Position numbers and translations under genes: made by a program
Assembly (NCBI RefSeq): GCF_056746865.1
Contig: NZ_CM163382.1
Direction: 5' to 3' (one strand)
DNA length: 64,000 bases
Part shown: one piece after another, positions 60,468 through 64,000 of the stretch
Numbering within the stretch: the first letter of the stretch is position 1
How the letters are laid out: each line of letters begins with the position of its first letter
The notes under the pieces: model-generated
Database searches by the model: none
What the model saw: the letters and a program-made list of their open reading frames with translations, nothing else
What the model was told of the DNA's origin: nothing

Positions 60468-61306
60468 GCGTCCTCCTGACAGAGCGGGAATAAATCATCC
60501 TCATACTGGAGCATCCCCATGATTTCCCGGACATAGTTATCGACATGCCCCAGAAAGTGAAAACGTTCCGGTGCGGCGCGATAGCGTTGATAAAGCGGCG
60601 TATCGAAGGTGATGCCAAGATGCGGGTTCCCTTTGACGGTGGCGAATTTGATGCGCGGAATATGCGGGTAGTAATGATTCTTGCGCACGCAGAGCTGCCC
60701 GTTCTCTTCCACGATGTAGCAGGCCATACCGTGATAAAACTGCACCGTGTCGTAGTGAACCGCGCAGGGTTTATAGGCCAGATTGCTGAACACCAGCGGC
60801 CCGTCGCCAATATTGATGGAGCAGTGGCCGTAATTCGGCGGCACGATAATGCTTTCCCCCTCCTTCACCACCGCCACGATAAGATCGTCCACCAGCAGAT
60901 CTTTTGGCGCGACTGCAAAATCCGGCGACTTTTGCAGGATATATGCCGCAGTCCCCTTAATCACTTCATATAATTCCGGATGGGTGTTGCGCCGCGTGTC
61001 GTTATAGCCGTGATAATGACCGCTGGTTTTCTTGCGCTCCCTACCAATCGTTCCCGACATGATGATGGTGATGTCGTACTGATACTGGTCGGCAGCAAGC
61101 CGTTCCTGATCCTCCGCAAAACTGAGCCCGCGATAAACATCGTAAGCCGGTTCATCACGCTGCGCTTCGGTGAACTCCGGTAAGACCACCGCCATCTGCC
61201 CGGCGCTTTTGCGGCCAAAGCCGAGATAGTTCAGCGGGGGTTTCAGCACCATCACGCCGTCGTCATCGAGATACAGCGGTAAGCCGCTGTGGTGTAGCTG
61301 TTTCAT
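60464..61306 (-). CDS. cupin-type sugar-phosphate isomerase (cupin phosphoglucose isomerase-like)
   Basis: 280-aa ORF with TSGHYH, ELYEV and PPNYGHCSIN motifs. Confidence 0.6.
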   Translation of the reverse strand: MKQLHHSGLPLYLDDDGVMVLKPPLNYLGFGRKSAGQMAVVLPEFTEAQRDEPAYDVYRGLSFAEDQERLAADQYQYDITIIMSGTIGRERKKTSGHYHGYNDTRRNTHPELYEVIKGTAAYILQKSPDFAVAPKDLLVDDLIVAVVKEGESIIVPPNYGHCSINIGDGPLVFSNLAYKPCAVHYDTVQFYHGMACYIVEENGQLCVRKNHYYPHIPRIKFATVKGNPHLGITFDTPLYQRYRAAPERFHFLGHVDNYVREIMGMLQYEDDLFPLCQEDA

Positions 61307-62829
61307 TTTGCCTCCTGTGTATACGCGTTAGCTGCGCGGATCGCCTCTTTCAGCCGATCGGATTTCATGCCAAAGACGCTTTGAATGTTGTTCCCGACCT
61401 CGACGACACCCGCCGCACCAAGCTGTTTCAGCAGCGCTTTGTCCACCAGCGACTTATCCGTCACGTCAATGCGCAGACGCGACATGCAGGCTTCGATGCG
61501 GGTCATATTCCCCAGCCCGCCATAGGCCAGAATGATGCCGCTCACCAGGTCGTTCTGTTCGTTTTCCTGCGCCACAGTGCTTTCTTCGACTTCACACCCC
61601 GGCGTCAGCAAATTCCAGCGGCGGATGGCAAAGGTAAACAGGGCGTAGTACACCGCTCCCATCACCAGCCCGACCGGGAACACCATGTACCAGTGAGGCG
61701 CGCGCGGCAGGACGCCAAAGAACAAATAGTCGATAAGCCCGCCGGAGAAAGAGAGCCCGATGTGCACGCTGAACCACTCCATCAGCAGGAACACCAGCCC
61801 CGCCAGGACGGCGTGAATGCCATATAGCACGGGCGCAACAAACAGGAAGGAGAACTCAATCGGCTCGGTGATGCCGCAGACGATGGAGGTGATCGCGCCA
61901 GAGAGCATAATGCCCTTCACCCGCGCTTTGTTTTCCGGGCTGGCGCAGCGGTAGATCGCCACCGCAATCGCCGGAATGCAGAACATCTTGATCGGCGTCA
62001 GCCCGGCCATAAAGGTTCCGGCGGTAATCGGCACCTGATCTTTCAACTGGGCAAAGAAGATAAGCTGGTCGCCATGCACCACCTGCCCGGCTTTGTTCAC
62101 GTACTCGCCAAACTGCAGCCAGAACGTCGGCCACCAGACATGGTTAAGACCAAACGGAATCAGCAGCCGCTCGACAAAACCGAACAGGAAGGCGGACACG
62201 CCCGGCCCCTGCACCGTCATAGTATTCGACAGGCCATTAATCAGATGCTGAACCGGCGGCCAGACCACCGTCATCACCAGCCCGACAAACAGCGCGGCGA
62301 AGGAGGTCACTATCGGCACAAATCGCTTGCCGGAGAAGAACTCCAGCCATGAAGGAAGCTGGATGCGGTAATAGCGTTTATACAGCCAGGCGGCGATAAT
62401 CCCGATAATGATGCCGCCAAACACGCCGGTCTGGAGCGAAGGGATGCCCAGCACCATCGTGTAGTCACGTACCTGCGCCACCGACTCGGGCGTGATCCCC
62501 AGAAACTGGCCGATGGTGACGTTCATAATCAGAAAACCGGCGATCGCCGACAACCCGGCAATCCCCTGATCGTCACTCAGTCCTACCGCCACGCCGACCG
62601 CAAACAGCAGCGGCAGGTTAGCGAAAATCGCACTGCCCGCTTCAGCCATCAGCTTCAGCACGTGAACCAGCCAGTCAGCGCCGAGAAACGGCAGGCTGGC
62701 GACAATATTGGGATCCTGAAAGCTGACGCCGAAGGCCAGCAAAATACCGGCGGCAGGCAGCATGGCAATGGGGATCATTAACGATCGCCCGATGCTTTGT
62801 AACATTTGCAGAAGGTTGAATCTTTTCAT
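61303..62829 (-). CDS. PTS glucose-family EIICB permease
   Basis: 508-aa ORF: polytopic EIIC part and C-terminal EIIB with GNMTRIEACMSRLR cysteine motif. Confidence 0.85.
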   Translation of the reverse strand: MKRFNLLQMLQSIGRSLMIPIAMLPAAGILLAFGVSFQDPNIVASLPFLGADWLVHVLKLMAEAGSAIFANLPLLFAVGVAVGLSDDQGIAGLSAIAGFLIMNVTIGQFLGITPESVAQVRDYTMVLGIPSLQTGVFGGIIIGIIAAWLYKRYYRIQLPSWLEFFSGKRFVPIVTSFAALFVGLVMTVVWPPVQHLINGLSNTMTVQGPGVSAFLFGFVERLLIPFGLNHVWWPTFWLQFGEYVNKAGQVVHGDQLIFFAQLKDQVPITAGTFMAGLTPIKMFCIPAIAVAIYRCASPENKARVKGIMLSGAITSIVCGITEPIEFSFLFVAPVLYGIHAVLAGLVFLLMEWFSVHIGLSFSGGLIDYLFFGVLPRAPHWYMVFPVGLVMGAVYYALFTFAIRRWNLLTPGCEVEESTVAQENEQNDLVSGIILAYGGLGNMTRIEACMSRLRIDVTDKSLVDKALLKQLGAAGVVEVGNNIQSVFGMKSDRLKEAIRAANAYTQEAK

Positions 62830-63051
62830 CTCGATCTCCTGAGCGCGTCTTTATGACAGGGATTCGCACAACAGCAGGTTCTGCTCCGAACACCTTCAGT
62901 ATCCGAACCGGAGATGATTAAAAAAACAGCAACCGACAACGAAAGTTATTTCCGGTTTTCGCTTAAAACCGGAAAATTTATGAGGACAATCACGCCGGAA
63001 ACCGTGAGAAAGGGATAAAAGAGGAAATCGCGTTCGGTGGGAGGCCATCAT

Positions 63052-64000
63052 ATGAGTATCTTCGAGGCGCATTTTCGCAGGCTGCACGCCCGCTACGGCG
63101 CAGGTCAGACGCACGAATTACAGATGCAGGAGATCGCCGCCATCTTCGGCTGTTCAGTGCGTAATTGCCGGATTGCTTTGAAAAAGATGCATCAGGAAAA
63201 ATGGCTCGACTGGCAGCCCCAGCGCGGGCGTGGCAAGCGCTCACGGCTCCACCTGTTAACCTCGCCGGAAAAGCTGTTCAGCCAGAACGTCAATAAGCTA
63301 CTGGAGAAGCAGGATTACGGCAACGTGCTGCGGTTTATCGGCAACGACAAGTATCTGCTGGATCGCCTGAGCCTGTGGCGCTTTGGGGTACAGGATAAAA
63401 GCAGTGAAACGCGGGTGCGCATCCCCTACTATCGCAATCTGGATCCGCTTAACCCGCTCGTCCCCCTGCGGCGGACCGAACGACATCTCCTGCGACAGTG
63501 CCTCAGCGGGCTGACGCGCTATGACGCCGTTCAGGGCAGGATCATCCCCGATATCGCCCACTACTGGACCCACAACGACGACTTTACCCGCTGGGAGTTC
63601 TGGCTGAAATCCACCGCCCGCTTTGCCGATGGCAGCGAACTGAATGCCAGCGCCGTTCAGCGCTGCCTGCTCGCCGCCAGCCAGAGCCCGCAGTTCGCGC
63701 CGCTTTTCAGCCCAATCAAAACCATCACCGCTGACGCCCCCTGGCATCTGGTGATTGAAACGTACCATCCGGTCAGACGGCTCGACTGCCTGCTCGCCAC
63801 TCAGCCGACGATGCTGTTCGATTACCAGCACGGACACATCCGCTGTACCGGCGCTTTCCACCTGCAGGAACACAGTGACAACTTTATGGTTTTGCGGCGC
63901 AATCAACACTGGCACCAGGCGAGGCCCGGACTGGATGAGATCACCATTTTCACCTGGGCTCCGGAGCATATCAGCATGAGCTTTATTCCCCTGCTGCGGG
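63052..64000 (+). CDS. SgrR-family transcriptional regulator (HTH + solute-binding-protein-like domain), 3' end outside window
   Basis: Open frame from ATG 63052 to window end, absent from the ORF track because no stop is reached; MSIFEAHFRRLHARYGAGQTHELQMQEIAAIFGCSVRNCRIALKKMHQEKWLDWQPQRGRGKRSRL matches the SgrR N-terminus pattern. Confidence 0.75.
   Translation, partial: MSIFEAHFRRLHARYGAGQTHELQMQEIAAIFGCSVRNCRIALKKMHQEKWLDWQPQRGRGKRSRLHLLTSPEKLFSQNVNKLLEKQDYGNVLRFIGNDKYLLDRLSLWRFGVQDKSSETRVRIPYYRNLDPLNPLVPLRRTERHLLRQCLSGLTRYDAVQGRIIPDIAHYWTHNDDFTRWEFWLKSTARFADGSELNASAVQRCLLAASQSPQFAPLFSPIKTITADAPWHLVIETYHPVRRLDCLLATQPTMLFDYQHGHIRCTGAFHLQEHSDNFMVLRRNQHWHQARPGLDEITIFTWAPEHISMSFIPLLR

Larger units (their letters stand above)
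40324..64000. mobile_element. ssrA-integrated genomic island (P4-like satellite / PICI-like core plus accessory cargo); right end not in window
   Basis: Begins exactly at the tmRNA 3' end; integrase, AlpA, primase, iterons; accessory AT-rich blocks; loss of K-12 synteny. Confidence 0.6.

Noticed and set aside
53787-64000. attR copy of the ssrA 3' end marking the island's right boundary
   Set aside because: No convincing repeat of the terminal ssrA sequence was found by eye in intergenic regions; the boundary is probably beyond the window, but an exhaustive computational search is needed.

Overview
The window is an Escherichia coli-type chromosome segment. Positions 1-40323 are conserved backbone in the K-12 gene order: eamB, grcA, ung, yfiF, trxC, yfiP, patZ, pssA, yfiM, kgtP, a complete minus-strand rRNA operon (16S, tRNA-Glu, 23S, 5S; the rrnG position), clpB, yfiH, rluD, bamD, raiA, pheL-pheA, tyrA-aroF, yfiL-yfiR-dgcN-yfiB, rplS-trmD-rimM-rpsP, ffh, ypjD, yfjD, grpE, nadK, recN, bamE, ratBA, smpB and the tmRNA gene ssrA. 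Immediately after the ssrA 3' end (40324 onward) the sequence becomes accessory DNA: a P4-type tyrosine integrase, an AlpA-family regulator, a P4-like primase/helicase-type replication protein and an iteron-like repeat cluster, i.e. a satellite-phage or PICI-like integrative element. Directly downstream of the putative origin is a strongly AT-rich operon (48825-53786) encoding a ComEC-like metallo-beta-lactamase-fold protein, a protein with trypsin-like catalytic-triad motifs, and a Ski2/Hel308-like SF2 helicase, with translationally coupled 8-nt overlaps. This is my lead candidate for an undescribed anti-phage defence system. Two of its genes are interrupted by a single-base frame change inside 7-nt homopolymers (T7 and A7; the latter is the dnaX-type slippery heptamer A AAA AAG), so sequencing error, pseudogenisation and recoding all need to be distinguished. 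Further right are an XRE-family regulator, a glucitol-family PTS operon with non-canonical gene order, an AT-rich single-gene insertion encoding a protein with a PD-(D/E)xK-like motif, and a PTS/hexulose-phosphate-type carbohydrate operon with a partial SgrR-like regulator. The right boundary of the island is not in the window. All calls rest on reading the six-frame translations and recalled family signatures; no database search was run.
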